NCBI GenBank assembly: GCA_000965745.1
Contig: CP009479.1
Location: 736,001-800,000, forward strand
Length of the DNA: 64,000 nt
From: an uncultured archaeon
GTDB taxonomy: Archaea; Thermoplasmatota; Thermoplasmata; Thermoplasmatales; Thermoplasmataceae
Direction of reading: 5' to 3'
Part shown: piece after piece, positions 48,612 to 58,780 of the stretch
Layout of the letters: every line of letters starts with the position of its first letter
Position numbering within the stretch: the first letter of the stretch is position 1
The notes under the pieces: generated by a model
The model's input: only the letters and a program-made list of their open reading frames with translations
Database searches by the model: none
What the model was told of the DNA's origin: nothing
Translations under genes and position numbers: made by a program

Positions 48612-50279
48612 GTGCCGGAAAAGTCAAAGGATCAGTCTTCCCGCGAATCAGCTATGGATTCAGGAATCGCTGCAGATACAAAGTCACTGTACTCAATGCT
48701 GAAAGAAACAGCAGAAAAGAACAGAAGCATGCCGGCTTTTATATTCTGGAAACGCAGATTTACATACGATGCACTTCTTAAAATGGTTGACTCACTCGCT
48801 GAATCCCTTCGGTCAAGGTTCTCCATACCTAAGGGTGCAAGGTTGGGGTTGCTCTTGCCAAATTCCCCTCCGCTTGTTGTATCGCTCTATGCAATCTCAA
48901 AGATTTCTGCAGTGGGCGTCCCAATAAATCCAAAGAGCAGCCTGAGAGAAATAGAGAATGTTGTTAGGCACAGTGGAATGCGCTGCCTGATCACCACGGA
49001 TACCAACCTGGAGAAAGTTAAGGGCCTGGCATCAGAGGACTTGATAATAATAGTCGCAAGGATGCAGGACTTCATTTCATTCGGGTCTGCCATCCGTCGT
49101 TCATTCCGCCATGGCCTCAAATACCTCGATCAGGAAGAGCTCAGTGAAGGTGTGGCCAAATTTTCCGACCTCATATACACGGGAGATAACGGGGCAGAAG
49201 AAGACTACTCCCCTTCGGAAGTTGCTCTGCTTGCCTACTCGGGAAGCACATCACTGTCGCCTAAGGCGGCCAGCCTGACCCACAACAATCTTTACGTTAA
49301 CATCAAGAACCTTGCAGAGTGGTTTCCGAAAATAGAGAGAAGGACGATTACGATAGCTGCGGTACCGTTCCACCATATGTTCAGCCTTCTGATTGCATTG
49401 CTTGTACCAATTTCATCAGGCTCAACAATAGTTCTCATCGAAGACTACCGGAACGTAGATGATATTCTGAATTCAATAACAGAGTATCTGTGCGACTACT
49501 TTGTAGGGAACCCCTCTGTATTCAAGGAACTGCTGGAAAGAAAGGACCTCCTGAAATACAGGATAGGGACTGTCAAGGTCTTCATAGCCGGTGGGGACAC
49601 GGTAACTGAGGAGTTTGCCAGGCATTTCGAGGAAATCACAGGGTCCAGCATTGTAACAACATACGGGACCAAGGAGGTCACCGGAGTCTCGCACATTAAC
49701 CCGCTTGACAAGAGAAGGAGAAAATACAGCTCAATAGGAAGGCTGGTAAATAACACAGAAGCCAGGATAGTTGACGATGAGACCGGGGAGGAAGCAGCGG
49801 AAGGTTCAGTTGGCCTTCTCTGGATTAGAGGGCCTCAAGTGATGAAGGAATATTGGAAGAACAAAGAAGCGACAGAGGAGGTTCTGAAGGATGGGTGGTT
49901 CCTGACAGGCGATATGGCACGCATCGACTCGGACGGCTTCTATTTCCTGTATCAGAGAAAAAGGGAGGCGATTGTGTCAGACAGTTCAATGGTTTATGCG
50001 GTGGAAGTGGAGGAAGTCCTGAAGCAGAACCCAAGCGTGGACGAAGTAGCGGTTATAGGGCTTCCGGATGAAAAGCGCGGTGAAATCATAAAGGCATACA
50101 TTATCGCGAAAGAAGGCGAGAAGATTTCAGAAAAGGAGCTGAGAGAGCTATGCGACTCACAGCTTTCAGAGTACAAGAGGCCAACCATTTATGAATTCAG
50201 GTCTGAACTTCCAAAGAACATGGAAGGCCAGGTGATAAAGAGAATTCTGAGGGAGGAATCCCTCAAGGAAGGAGAATAA
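48612..50279 (+). CDS. Long-chain acyl-CoA ligase-like (ANL family) with degenerate catalytic motifs
   Basis: Overall FadD layout (GPQVMKEYW, GWFLTGD); P-loop and A10 Lys altered. Confidence 0.85.
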   Translation: MPEKSKDQSSRESAMDSGIAADTKSLYSMLKETAEKNRSMPAFIFWKRRFTYDALLKMVDSLAESLRSRFSIPKGARLGLLLPNSPPLVVSLYAISKISAVGVPINPKSSLREIENVVRHSGMRCLITTDTNLEKVKGLASEDLIIIVARMQDFISFGSAIRRSFRHGLKYLDQEELSEGVAKFSDLIYTGDNGAEEDYSPSEVALLAYSGSTSLSPKAASLTHNNLYVNIKNLAEWFPKIERRTITIAAVPFHHMFSLLIALLVPISSGSTIVLIEDYRNVDDILNSITEYLCDYFVGNPSVFKELLERKDLLKYRIGTVKVFIAGGDTVTEEFARHFEEITGSSIVTTYGTKEVTGVSHINPLDKRRRKYSSIGRLVNNTEARIVDDETGEEAAEGSVGLLWIRGPQVMKEYWKNKEATEEVLKDGWFLTGDMARIDSDGFYFLYQRKREAIVSDSSMVYAVEVEEVLKQNPSVDEVAVIGLPDEKRGEIIKAYIIAKEGEKISEKELRELCDSQLSEYKRPTIYEFRSELPKNMEGQVIKRILREESLKEGE

Positions 50280-50501
50280 CTTCTCCAGACTCTATTTCCC
50301 AAGTGGCGGGTGAAATGTGCGCATAAACCATGCGGAATATCAATCGTCAATGATCGTTTTCCGGCAATTACAATCCATAAATATTACTCTCTGAAACTTC
50401 GCCAGAAATTAATCCTTTTTAAATGAAGCCTTATATTTCGCGGATGCGTTATAAATATATATTAACGATTTTGGCATTACCATACCGAAGGTGTTATTAT
50501 T

Positions 50502-51656
50502 ATGTCTGACGAAAGTATTCAGGAAACTCAATTTTCAAGAGGCCTGGAGGGAATTATTGCTGCTGAAACAAAAATTGGTTATGTCGACGGTCTTAATGGC
50601 AAGCTTGTTTATCGCGGATATGACATAAACGTTCTCGCTGAGCAATCAAATTACGAAGAAGTGTCTTACCTGCTTTTGAAGGGCCATCTCCCATCCAAGG
50701 ATGAGTATGATCAGTACGTTGCAGGGTTGAAGAAGTCCATGGACTTGGAGAAGGACGAGTACGACCTTATATCACAGGTCTCAAAAACCTCGCATCCCAT
50801 GTCTACCCTTCGAACTATGGTTTCATATATAGGCGGGAAAGACTCAGGCAGTGTGGAACCAGATCTGGAAAAGCAGGAGGACATAAGTGTTAATCTCATT
50901 GCAAAACTTCCCACAATAGTGGCTGCGATCAACAGGGCAACACAGGGAAGGGAATTTGTTAAGCCGGATCCAGATCTCTCATATTCATCAAACTTCTTCT
51001 ATATGTCAACAGGCAGGAAGCCTGACACTGTTGAAGCCAGGATGCTTGACACAGCTCTGATGCTTCATGCAGATCATGGAATGAACGCCTCAACCTTTGC
51101 AGCCATGCTGACGATCTCGACACTATCCGACATGTATTCTGCTGTAACTTCTGCTGTATCAACCCTTAAGGGACCGCTTCACGGAGGTGCAAACGAGAGG
51201 GCACTTGCATTGATCAGAAAGGTTGGAACCCCTGAAAATGCGGACAAGGTAATCGGTGACATGATAGAAAAAAAGGAAAAGATCATGGGATTCGGGCACA
51301 GGGTGTACAAGGTATATGACCCCAGGGCCAAAATTCTCAAGGAATATGCGAAATATGTTGCTGAGAAGAATAACAAGCCTGAGCTGTTCCATACAGCAGA
51401 GAAGATAGAAGAAGTCATGATAAACAAGCTTGGCAGCAAGGGAATTTTCCCAAATGTCGACTTCTATTCGGGAATGATCTATTATTCCATGGGCTTTGAG
51501 CCTGAGATATTCACACCGATATTTGCAGTAGGAAGAATATCTGGCTGGGTATCCAGGGCACTTGAGTACCTCTCAGACAACAGGCTTTTCAGGCCAAAGG
51601 CGAGGTATATCGGGGAATCTGAGCTCAGGAAATACACGCCTATAAACGAACGCTGA
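50502..51656 (+). CDS. gltA: Citrate synthase
   Basis: GLEG, YRGY, DHGMNAST, GPLHGGANE, GFGHRVY, PNVDFYSG. Confidence 0.97.
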   Translation: MSDESIQETQFSRGLEGIIAAETKIGYVDGLNGKLVYRGYDINVLAEQSNYEEVSYLLLKGHLPSKDEYDQYVAGLKKSMDLEKDEYDLISQVSKTSHPMSTLRTMVSYIGGKDSGSVEPDLEKQEDISVNLIAKLPTIVAAINRATQGREFVKPDPDLSYSSNFFYMSTGRKPDTVEARMLDTALMLHADHGMNASTFAAMLTISTLSDMYSAVTSAVSTLKGPLHGGANERALALIRKVGTPENADKVIGDMIEKKEKIMGFGHRVYKVYDPRAKILKEYAKYVAEKNNKPELFHTAEKIEEVMINKLGSKGIFPNVDFYSGMIYYSMGFEPEIFTPIFAVGRISGWVSRALEYLSDNRLFRPKARYIGESELRKYTPINER

Positions 51657-51769
51657 TTGAATCGATCAGCGCCTTTCATATTTTTTTGAAACAAGACTGG
51701 AAAAAGCTGTTAAAGCAACCTCATATGCGAAATTCTAAAAATTTATCTTTATCCCCGATATAAATTTTC

Positions 51770-52231
51770 ATGGTCTATTTTGAGCCATTCAAGGAAGATG
51801 AATTTAAGCAATACTGGAATTATTCTGTGAACTCCTGGAAAAAAGACATGGTAAGGGCGGGACTAATAGACGAAAGAGTAACATTTAAAGAAGCAGAAGA
51901 ACAGATTAAAAGATTTGTCCCTAATGGCCTGAAAACTCCGAACCACTATTTCATGCACATAGTATCCGAAGGCCAGAAAATCGGCAATTTATGGTTGGAG
52001 ATCAGGAAAAGAGGAGCCACTGAAGCTTACCTTTGGGACATACTCATCAACGAAGATCAAAGAGGGAAAGGTTACGGAAAGTCTACCACGGCAAAAATAC
52101 ATCAGTTTGCAAAGGAGAAGGGTGCTGCAAAAATCTCACTGAATGTTTTTGCTTACAATGGTGTTGCCAGGAACCTCTACGAAACGCTTGGATATCACGA
52201 AGCAGCCATAACGATGATCAAATTTCTCTGA
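51770..52231 (+). CDS. GNAT-family N-acetyltransferase
   Basis: QRGKGYG acetyl-CoA motif, LNVFAYN..A..LYE.LGY. Confidence 0.9.
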   Translation: MVYFEPFKEDEFKQYWNYSVNSWKKDMVRAGLIDERVTFKEAEEQIKRFVPNGLKTPNHYFMHIVSEGQKIGNLWLEIRKRGATEAYLWDILINEDQRGKGYGKSTTAKIHQFAKEKGAAKISLNVFAYNGVARNLYETLGYHEAAITMIKFL

Positions 52232-52283
52232 CTTCCTGCTACAGTAACCTCAGGCAGACAGCACACCCCCTCTTGTACAGATC

Positions 52284-53255
52284 TCATTCTGTCAAAGTCC
52301 TGGTGATAAGGGACCTTATATCTTCAACTCTTCTTGGAGCTTCAGTGGTGGACCTGTTAAGAAGGTCGCACAATGCCACTAGATCCTGCAGTTTAGCGAG
52401 CATTCTCCAGTTCGGATCGAGAAAGCATCCTCCCTCCCTGTAGCCTTTGATGAAATGCCTCTCAAAGGCAGATCCCTCCTCCTCATAACGGAGCAAGTTC
52501 CCAATATCGGCATATCTGCTTCCTGAGAAAGCAAACTCCCAGTCAAGAACTGCAGAAACAGATACATCCGGTGTGTCACCTTCTATCAGAATATTAAGGC
52601 CATTGTAGTCAGAGTGAACCAGGGCAGGTTCCTCTTCGTTTTCCATCAATGCGTAGCTGTTCTTTATGCAGAATTTCCACAGGCTGTCTCTGATCGTATG
52701 TCCCAGAAATTCTCCACACCTCTCATTCAAAAATTTCCCGGTAAGTTGAAGAAAATGCGTCTCGTCTAGTCTGAATGGGGTCACAACTTCAAGGCTTGGC
52801 CCTAAGAATCCATGCTCACTGAATTTATACTTGTGTATCTCTGCCAGAGTCCTCCCTACCGGGTTTGCATATGAAGCTATATCGGAGGAGTCTCCAATTT
52901 TCATCAACTCTGACAATGCAGTACCGGGTTTCCACTCCAAGATTGCCCAAGGAATATCCAAAAGTCTGGAGCTAGTATCGACATGGATGTAATCTGCTGT
53001 AGGCACAGTCTTTCTTACTAGTCTTGAAATGCTCATTTCCTTCCCGGCGGTGTCTTTGCCTCCTTTATAGAGGCGAAGAACCAAAGGCTCAGAAAAATCT
53101 TCAAGAAATATCATGTAATTGGAATTTCTAAATCCTGTGCCCAGAAGATTGAATGAATCTACCTTACTGTTTTTGAAAACAGATTCTATGACTCTTGAAA
53201 TCTGGTCAAGTCCGAGTGGGTAGTATTTTTCATGCCTTTCCCAGTTGTCTTTCAT
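52284..53255 (-). CDS. Aminoglycoside phosphotransferase (APH)/choline kinase-like protein
   Basis: G..NSNY, VLRLY, LAEIH, HSDYNGLNIL (Brenner motif), LDWEFA. Confidence 0.88.
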   Translation of the reverse strand: MKDNWERHEKYYPLGLDQISRVIESVFKNSKVDSFNLLGTGFRNSNYMIFLEDFSEPLVLRLYKGGKDTAGKEMSISRLVRKTVPTADYIHVDTSSRLLDIPWAILEWKPGTALSELMKIGDSSDIASYANPVGRTLAEIHKYKFSEHGFLGPSLEVVTPFRLDETHFLQLTGKFLNERCGEFLGHTIRDSLWKFCIKNSYALMENEEEPALVHSDYNGLNILIEGDTPDVSVSAVLDWEFAFSGSRYADIGNLLRYEEEGSAFERHFIKGYREGGCFLDPNWRMLAKLQDLVALCDLLNRSTTEAPRRVEDIRSLITRTLTE

Positions 53256-53373
53256 TCTTCATTCATCCTTTATCCTTGGACAGTAAGTTAGCCTAAGGAT
53301 AGTTCATTATGTTTTCACTGGAATTTTTGCCGAGCGCAATGCTTAATTTATGCGCCCGCTTTTCAATTCAGTA

Positions 53374-53859
53374 ATGAGCTACGTTCTGGACACATCGGCC
53401 ATTATATCGAGGAGATTCAACTTAGCAGGTCCTGATGTATTGATCCCGGATTCTGTTATCGAAGAGATCAGGAAGGGAAAACTCAAATCAATGCTCGATG
53501 CAATGGATGAAACGATCAAGGTAATGTCACCTTCACGCGAATCAATCAAAGCTGTAAGAGAGAAGGCACGCATCTCTGGTGACCTGGACGAGCTAAGCGA
53601 TACCGACATTGACGTTATTGCACTTGCCTATGAAACCAAGTCGAAGATCATATCGGACGATTTTGCCATTCAGAATGTGGCATCGCTCCTGTCTATCGAT
53701 TTCATGGGTGCGGATATCTCAGAAATTAGGCAGCAGGTAATCTGGAATTACAGGTGCACCGGCTGTAGGAAGTTTTTTACAACGCCCATAGGGCTATGCC
53801 CTGTCTGCGGGCACGAGGTTGTTAGGTCTAGAGCGGTCTCCAGAAAGAAGAAGAAATAA
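53374..53859 (+). CDS. nob1: Nob1-family PIN endoribonuclease with Zn ribbon
   Basis: VLDTSA, LSDTD, SDDFAIQN, C..C...CPVCG. Confidence 0.92.
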   Translation: MSYVLDTSAIISRRFNLAGPDVLIPDSVIEEIRKGKLKSMLDAMDETIKVMSPSRESIKAVREKARISGDLDELSDTDIDVIALAYETKSKIISDDFAIQNVASLLSIDFMGADISEIRQQVIWNYRCTGCRKFFTTPIGLCPVCGHEVVRSRAVSRKKKK

Positions 53860-53896
53860 AGGAAATATTAAAGATTCAATAGAGCAATACTAAATC

Positions 53897-54487
53897 ATGA
53901 TCGACATAAGCCTTCCCCTGAACAGGGATCTTATAACCTACCCCGGAGACGCAAAGTATGAAGAGTACGAGTACTACACCCATGAGAAGAACCATGTCCA
54001 TATTATGCGGATCCTGATGGAAACCCACAGTGGAACCCATTTTGACGCACCATACCACATGATCCCGGATGGAATGAAGGCAGATGAGATCGACCTGGAC
54101 AGATTCATTGGGAAAGCAACAATTGTAAAGGTTGATGGAAACTCAATTGATGCGGAAGACATACCGGATTCCCATAACGAGATCGTCCTTTTCAAGACAA
54201 GAAACTCGGAAATGTATGATCGCTTCGACACAACTTTCACCTATCTTTCTCCAGAGGGTGCTGACAAGCTAGTTGACCATAATGTGAAACTGGTTGGTAT
54301 TGATTACCTGTCAATAGAAAAATTCGGCAGCCATGAGCCAGTAGTGCACAGAAAACTGCTCGGCAATGACGTTGTTATCATCGAAGGGTTGAACATGAAG
54401 GATGTCATTCCGGGAGACTACGAATTCATATGCCTGCCTCTGAGGATGTCAGAAGACGGTGCACCCTGCAGAGCCGTCCTGAGGTAG
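53897..54487 (+). CDS. Cyclase family / kynurenine formamidase-like
   Basis: HSGTHFDAPYH, GIDYLS, H..LL, IIEGL, DGAPCRAV. Confidence 0.9.
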   Translation: MIDISLPLNRDLITYPGDAKYEEYEYYTHEKNHVHIMRILMETHSGTHFDAPYHMIPDGMKADEIDLDRFIGKATIVKVDGNSIDAEDIPDSHNEIVLFKTRNSEMYDRFDTTFTYLSPEGADKLVDHNVKLVGIDYLSIEKFGSHEPVVHRKLLGNDVVIIEGLNMKDVIPGDYEFICLPLRMSEDGAPCRAVLR

Positions 54488-54580
54488 CCTGCAGGATGCC
54501 GGAGAGGAATTATGCGGGACTTACTATTTTTTCGCACTCTCCCTATAATATTTAATAAAGTAAGCAGTTACTCTCAGTGA

Positions 54581-55219
54581 ATGAGCTTCCTCCCCTTCTC
54601 ACTTTCCAGCCTTGAGTACTACCTGTATCACTGGGCGTACTTCCCAAGCATATTTCCGCATCCGTACTCTCTCATTTCTCTTCTTGTCCTTTTCACCATA
54701 GGATTGGCCCTCATGTTTAAGGGAAACTATTCATGGAACGTTATTTTCGGAGCTCTTGGAGCCTATTTCGGCTTCATCATGGGCCATTACATCACCACAG
54801 TAGTCCCAATTGCCCCATTTCCGTCCCTTCTGGCTTATGTTGCAGGAGCAGTTCTGGGGGCAATATTGCTCATATTTCTTGTTAGGGTATTCCTGTCACT
54901 GGGCATTTCCTACCTTGCGTACATGGCAGTCCAGACACTCTTTCCGGGGCACATCGTTACAGGAGGGATCGTCCTTCTCGCGGTATTTCTTGTTGCTTTC
55001 ATACTTTACAGGAAAATAGTGACAGGGATAGCAGCCGTCATAGGCGCATTCATTGTCTGGTTTACGGTCATGAATTTCGGTGTCCCCACACTGACTGCTC
55101 AGGTCTTAGCAGCAATCATGTTCGCGCTGGGGCTGTTTATCCAGATCAATGGCAAAAGCTCATCAAGAGAGAAAAGAAAGGGAATTCGGCCCTTCGATCA
55201 GGACACAAAATGGGAGTGA
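54581..55219 (+). CDS. DUF4203-like membrane protein
   Basis: 6-7 Gly-rich TM helices, GLALMFKG, terminal LFIQ. Confidence 0.6.
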   Translation: MSFLPFSLSSLEYYLYHWAYFPSIFPHPYSLISLLVLFTIGLALMFKGNYSWNVIFGALGAYFGFIMGHYITTVVPIAPFPSLLAYVAGAVLGAILLIFLVRVFLSLGISYLAYMAVQTLFPGHIVTGGIVLLAVFLVAFILYRKIVTGIAAVIGAFIVWFTVMNFGVPTLTAQVLAAIMFALGLFIQINGKSSSREKRKGIRPFDQDTKWE

Positions 55220-55238
55220 TTCATCGGCCATTGTATTC

Positions 55239-56978
55239 TCAGGCATTCTGCTGCTTAGCAAGGTAATCGTTGAACCTTGAAACGAACTCATTTGCATCCG
55301 CTATGATGCCGAAGTCAGCATACCTGAATATCGGGGCCTTGCTGTCCGTATTTATGGCAATAATCTTGCCCGCATACCTTATTCCAACGACATGATTGTC
55401 CTGGCCAGATACTCCAAGGGAAATGTACGTCTTCGGTGAAATTGATACCCCCGTCAGCCCTATCTGCTGTTGCCTGGGCATCCATCTCATATCAACTATA
55501 GGTCTCGTCCCTCCAACGCTTGCAGAGAGTCTTGATGCAAGCTCCATCACAGGGGCAAGATTGTTCCTGCTCTTCAGTCCTCTTCCTGCACCTATCACCG
55601 TATCGGAGTAGCCAAGAGGCTTGAAGTCGGAAGACACAGGCTCAAAATTCAGCTTTTCAATGGAACTTCTGGCTGTTACCGCAAACTCTTCAACCGCAAA
55701 CTCCTTTTTTCCTTTCACGAGCTTGAACATGCCAGGCCTTGCAGTAGCCATCCGTGGTGAAGTCTTTGAGGTTATTGAGGCAACTATGCCGCCACCAAAG
55801 GCAGGTTTGTACTGAATAAGCTCCTCACCTTTTATTGTCACGTCTATACAGTCTGCGGTGAGCCCAAGGCCAAGTTTTGCAGCAATCATTGCTGACACCT
55901 CCCTCCCTTTGACAGTGGAGGGAAATATGACGTGCTTCGGGTTGAGTTTCTTGATGAGCTCGGCTATTTCGGCAGCCAAGACATCACTTTCCCCTGCATT
56001 GAGGTAGTAGTATTTGTGGCACAACATCCCCTTGATCAGATCAGCCCTGATATTTCCGACCATTACTGCGTTAAGGCCGTTTTCTTCTGCAAGATTTGAG
56101 ATTTTGGAAGCAATCTCGAGAGACACTTCAGCATCGTCCAGGGCGATACCCCAGATGGATTTCCTGCTCTCTTCGAAGTCATCAAGTGCAACCTGTTCCA
56201 TTTCATTTTCTTCTGAAGCTTCCCTGTTTATGATTCTTAAAATTCTGTCAAACAGATTGTCGTCGTAATCGAGATATTCGACACTCCTGCCACTTTCTAT
56301 ACTTTCCGTGCCTGTTACAACTGTGGGAGAGTCCCTGCTTCCGACAATATCCAGGCCGAGTCTTTCAGCGTTCAGAGTTTGTATTCTTTCATACATCGGG
56401 GGAACATCTTCTTTTATTGCCCTGGCTCTGTTTATCTTCTCACTCACTGAAAATACGGCGGGGAACTTCACCCTGTAATCGGCCAGGCCCGACTCATTCT
56501 CGTGCTGCACGATACAGGATTCTGAATCTTCTTCAATCTGAATCTTTGAAATTGATGACTTGAAGTTATAGCCTGACAGTACCGCAACTTCCGGGGGAAC
56601 CTGTGAAGTCTCACCGTCAAGTGAATACTTGCCCATCAGGACAATATCCGGCTTTACGAGATCTACCACATTTGCAAGGATTCTTGATGTTACAAGTGTG
56701 TCAGATCCTCCAAAAACCCTGTCGGTAACAAGGAAGGCTTTGTCTATTCCCATCCTAAGAGAGTCGTTAAGGATCTCCTTGGACTGCGGAGGCCCCATTG
56801 TCGCAACAAAGGTCTCACAACCGTGGTTTTCTTTTAGGCGTATGGCCTCCTCTACTGCTTTCTTGTCAAAAGAGTTGATCAGCAAGGGAACATTCTCCCT
56901 TACTATTCGTTTAGTCTCAGGGTCGAAGGAAATCTGATTAACGTCCGGGATCTGCTTGGCAAAGACGAGAACCTTCAT
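55239..56978 (-). CDS. Fused electron transfer flavoprotein beta-alpha
   Basis: Beta: KQIPD, TMGP, GSDTLVT, DGETSQV; alpha: GLTADC, KPAFGG, GAGRG, GGTRP, QIGLTG, GVSGQ..H, AINTD..APIF. Confidence 0.93.
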   Translation of the reverse strand: MKVLVFAKQIPDVNQISFDPETKRIVRENVPLLINSFDKKAVEEAIRLKENHGCETFVATMGPPQSKEILNDSLRMGIDKAFLVTDRVFGGSDTLVTSRILANVVDLVKPDIVLMGKYSLDGETSQVPPEVAVLSGYNFKSSISKIQIEEDSESCIVQHENESGLADYRVKFPAVFSVSEKINRARAIKEDVPPMYERIQTLNAERLGLDIVGSRDSPTVVTGTESIESGRSVEYLDYDDNLFDRILRIINREASEENEMEQVALDDFEESRKSIWGIALDDAEVSLEIASKISNLAEENGLNAVMVGNIRADLIKGMLCHKYYYLNAGESDVLAAEIAELIKKLNPKHVIFPSTVKGREVSAMIAAKLGLGLTADCIDVTIKGEELIQYKPAFGGGIVASITSKTSPRMATARPGMFKLVKGKKEFAVEEFAVTARSSIEKLNFEPVSSDFKPLGYSDTVIGAGRGLKSRNNLAPVMELASRLSASVGGTRPIVDMRWMPRQQQIGLTGVSISPKTYISLGVSGQDNHVVGIRYAGKIIAINTDSKAPIFRYADFGIIADANEFVSRFNDYLAKQQNA

Positions 56979-57295
56979 TCCACATCTACCATGACTTCTC
57001 CGTTCTCCACCTTGGTCTCGTACGATTTGAGGGGAGAGATGTCGCCGGAACCTTCCGGTGGGCTTTTAACGGAGCCGTCAGCAGGGTTGAATGTAGCGAA
57101 ATGATTCGGGCAGATTAGATCGCCATCATCCAGGAACGCTTCAGACAGGTCATACTCTTCATGCGTGCAGTAGGATGAGGTGGCAAAGTATTTTCCCTTA
57201 TCTTTTATTACCAGAATCTCAACATCATTAACAGTGCCCTTGAAGAGGTCACCATCTTTCATAACATCGTCCTTGACTAGTTTGTACCATGCCAT
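56975..57295 (-). CDS. Rieske [2Fe-2S] ferredoxin
   Basis: CTHE...CPNH motif; ATGA overlap with ETF. Confidence 0.92.
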   Translation of the reverse strand: MAWYKLVKDDVMKDGDLFKGTVNDVEILVIKDKGKYFATSSYCTHEEYDLSEAFLDDGDLICPNHFATFNPADGSVKSPPEGSGDISPLKSYETKVENGEVMVDVE

Positions 57296-57460
57296 AGTTC
57301 GTTATATTAACCAATTTATTATATTTTATCTTGCACAAAAAGCCACATTAATGAAACCATTTGAAGCTCTTTTTCACAAGTATGTTCGGAATGAACAGGG
57401 CGGCTTCATGACCTAATCAATTAGGTTTCTGGTATTTATCTGAATGTAAGTTAAAAAAAT

Positions 57461-57742
57461 ATGGACGAAACATCAAAGCTTGCACTCGCGATAAGCATTC
57501 CCCTCTGGGCATCCCTTGCAGCCATGGTTGCATTTGCGGCTTACTACACTGGGCTGGCTGGAGTTGGTATTATGTTCGTAATAGTGATTGTTGCCACATT
57601 CTATTGGTTTAAGGCCCTTGAAAATTTTACCACCCGAACTCAGGCAGGAAAGGAACAGGAGATTGTATCCCGTTCTGAGGAAAACAGGCTGAACGACATT
57701 GAGGCAAAGCTGGAGGAAATATCGCGGAAGATGAAGCCGTAA
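57461..57742 (+). CDS. Small 2-TM membrane protein with C-terminal coiled coil
   Basis: Two hydrophobic helices, then RLNDIEAKLEEISRKM. Confidence 0.65.
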   Translation: MDETSKLALAISIPLWASLAAMVAFAAYYTGLAGVGIMFVIVIVATFYWFKALENFTTRTQAGKEQEIVSRSEENRLNDIEAKLEEISRKMKP

Positions 57743-57878
57743 TGCTGCGTATCTGTTCAGAAAAGCAGGAAAAGTTTGCCTTATAGCTTGTATGAGGAAA
57801 CTGCAATTCAAGTAATTGCACGATCCAGATGCAATTAGAAGCCCTGAGGAATAATTAATTAAATTATCTCAATACACA

Positions 57879-58775
57879 ATGGTCACAGAAGGTATGCCAA
57901 AAATGGACGCAGAGGTTAAGCACAGTTATCTGAAAGCAGGAGAGATCGGAAGGAAAGCACTGGAGTACGCGGTAAGCATGATTGAACCTGGGGCGACGTT
58001 CTATGACGTGGCAGAAAAAGCCGAGCAGTTTATACGCGATGAAGGGGCAAAGCCCTCTTTCCCGCTCAATCTCTCTGTAAACAATGAGGCTGCACACTAC
58101 ACTCCCTCCGAGGGTGATAAAAAGAAATTCCGCAGGGGGGACCTCGTGAAGGTGGACCTGGGTGCAGAAGTGGACGGGTACCCCTCAGATAATGCAATGA
58201 CAATTGAAGTCGGTGAAACGGGAAAATACTCAGATCTGATTGACGCTTCAAGAGAAGCCCTGAATGCCGCCATCAAGAGGATGAGGCCAATGCTGCAGGC
58301 ACGCCAGATAGGGGCAGAGATAGAACGCCAGATAACAAACAGGGGGTTCAAGCCCATAAAGAACCTGGGTGGGCACGGAATAAACCGTTATGATCTCCAC
58401 TCTTCAATATTCATCCCGAATTACGATGACGGAAATGCAGCTTTGATCAAGCCGGACACTGTGATTGCAATCGAGCCTTTTGCGAGCACTGGAATAGGCA
58501 TGGTTCACAACGGCCAGAACGGCAACATCTACATACTCAGCGGAACCAAGAAGGAAGAGGACGAGATAATCTACAAAAACTTCAGCACCCTTCCATTTGC
58601 TGAGAGGTGGCTGGCCAAGGTCAGGCCAGACTACAAGAACTACTTGAGATCCATGGCATCGAGGAGCCAAGTGTCTGCTTTTCCTGTGTTGAAGGAACAC
58701 TCATCCGCAAGGATCTCGCAGGCAGAGCATACCCTGCTCATACTGTCTGATGAAATAATTGTTACAACAAAATAG
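57879..58775 (+). CDS. map: Methionine aminopeptidase type II
   Basis: AAHYTP, KVDLG..DG..SD, NLGGHG, AIEPF, QAEHT. Confidence 0.96.
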   Translation: MVTEGMPKMDAEVKHSYLKAGEIGRKALEYAVSMIEPGATFYDVAEKAEQFIRDEGAKPSFPLNLSVNNEAAHYTPSEGDKKKFRRGDLVKVDLGAEVDGYPSDNAMTIEVGETGKYSDLIDASREALNAAIKRMRPMLQARQIGAEIERQITNRGFKPIKNLGGHGINRYDLHSSIFIPNYDDGNAALIKPDTVIAIEPFASTGIGMVHNGQNGNIYILSGTKKEEDEIIYKNFSTLPFAERWLAKVRPDYKNYLRSMASRSQVSAFPVLKEHSSARISQAEHTLLILSDEIIVTTK

Positions 58776-58780
58776 GATTC

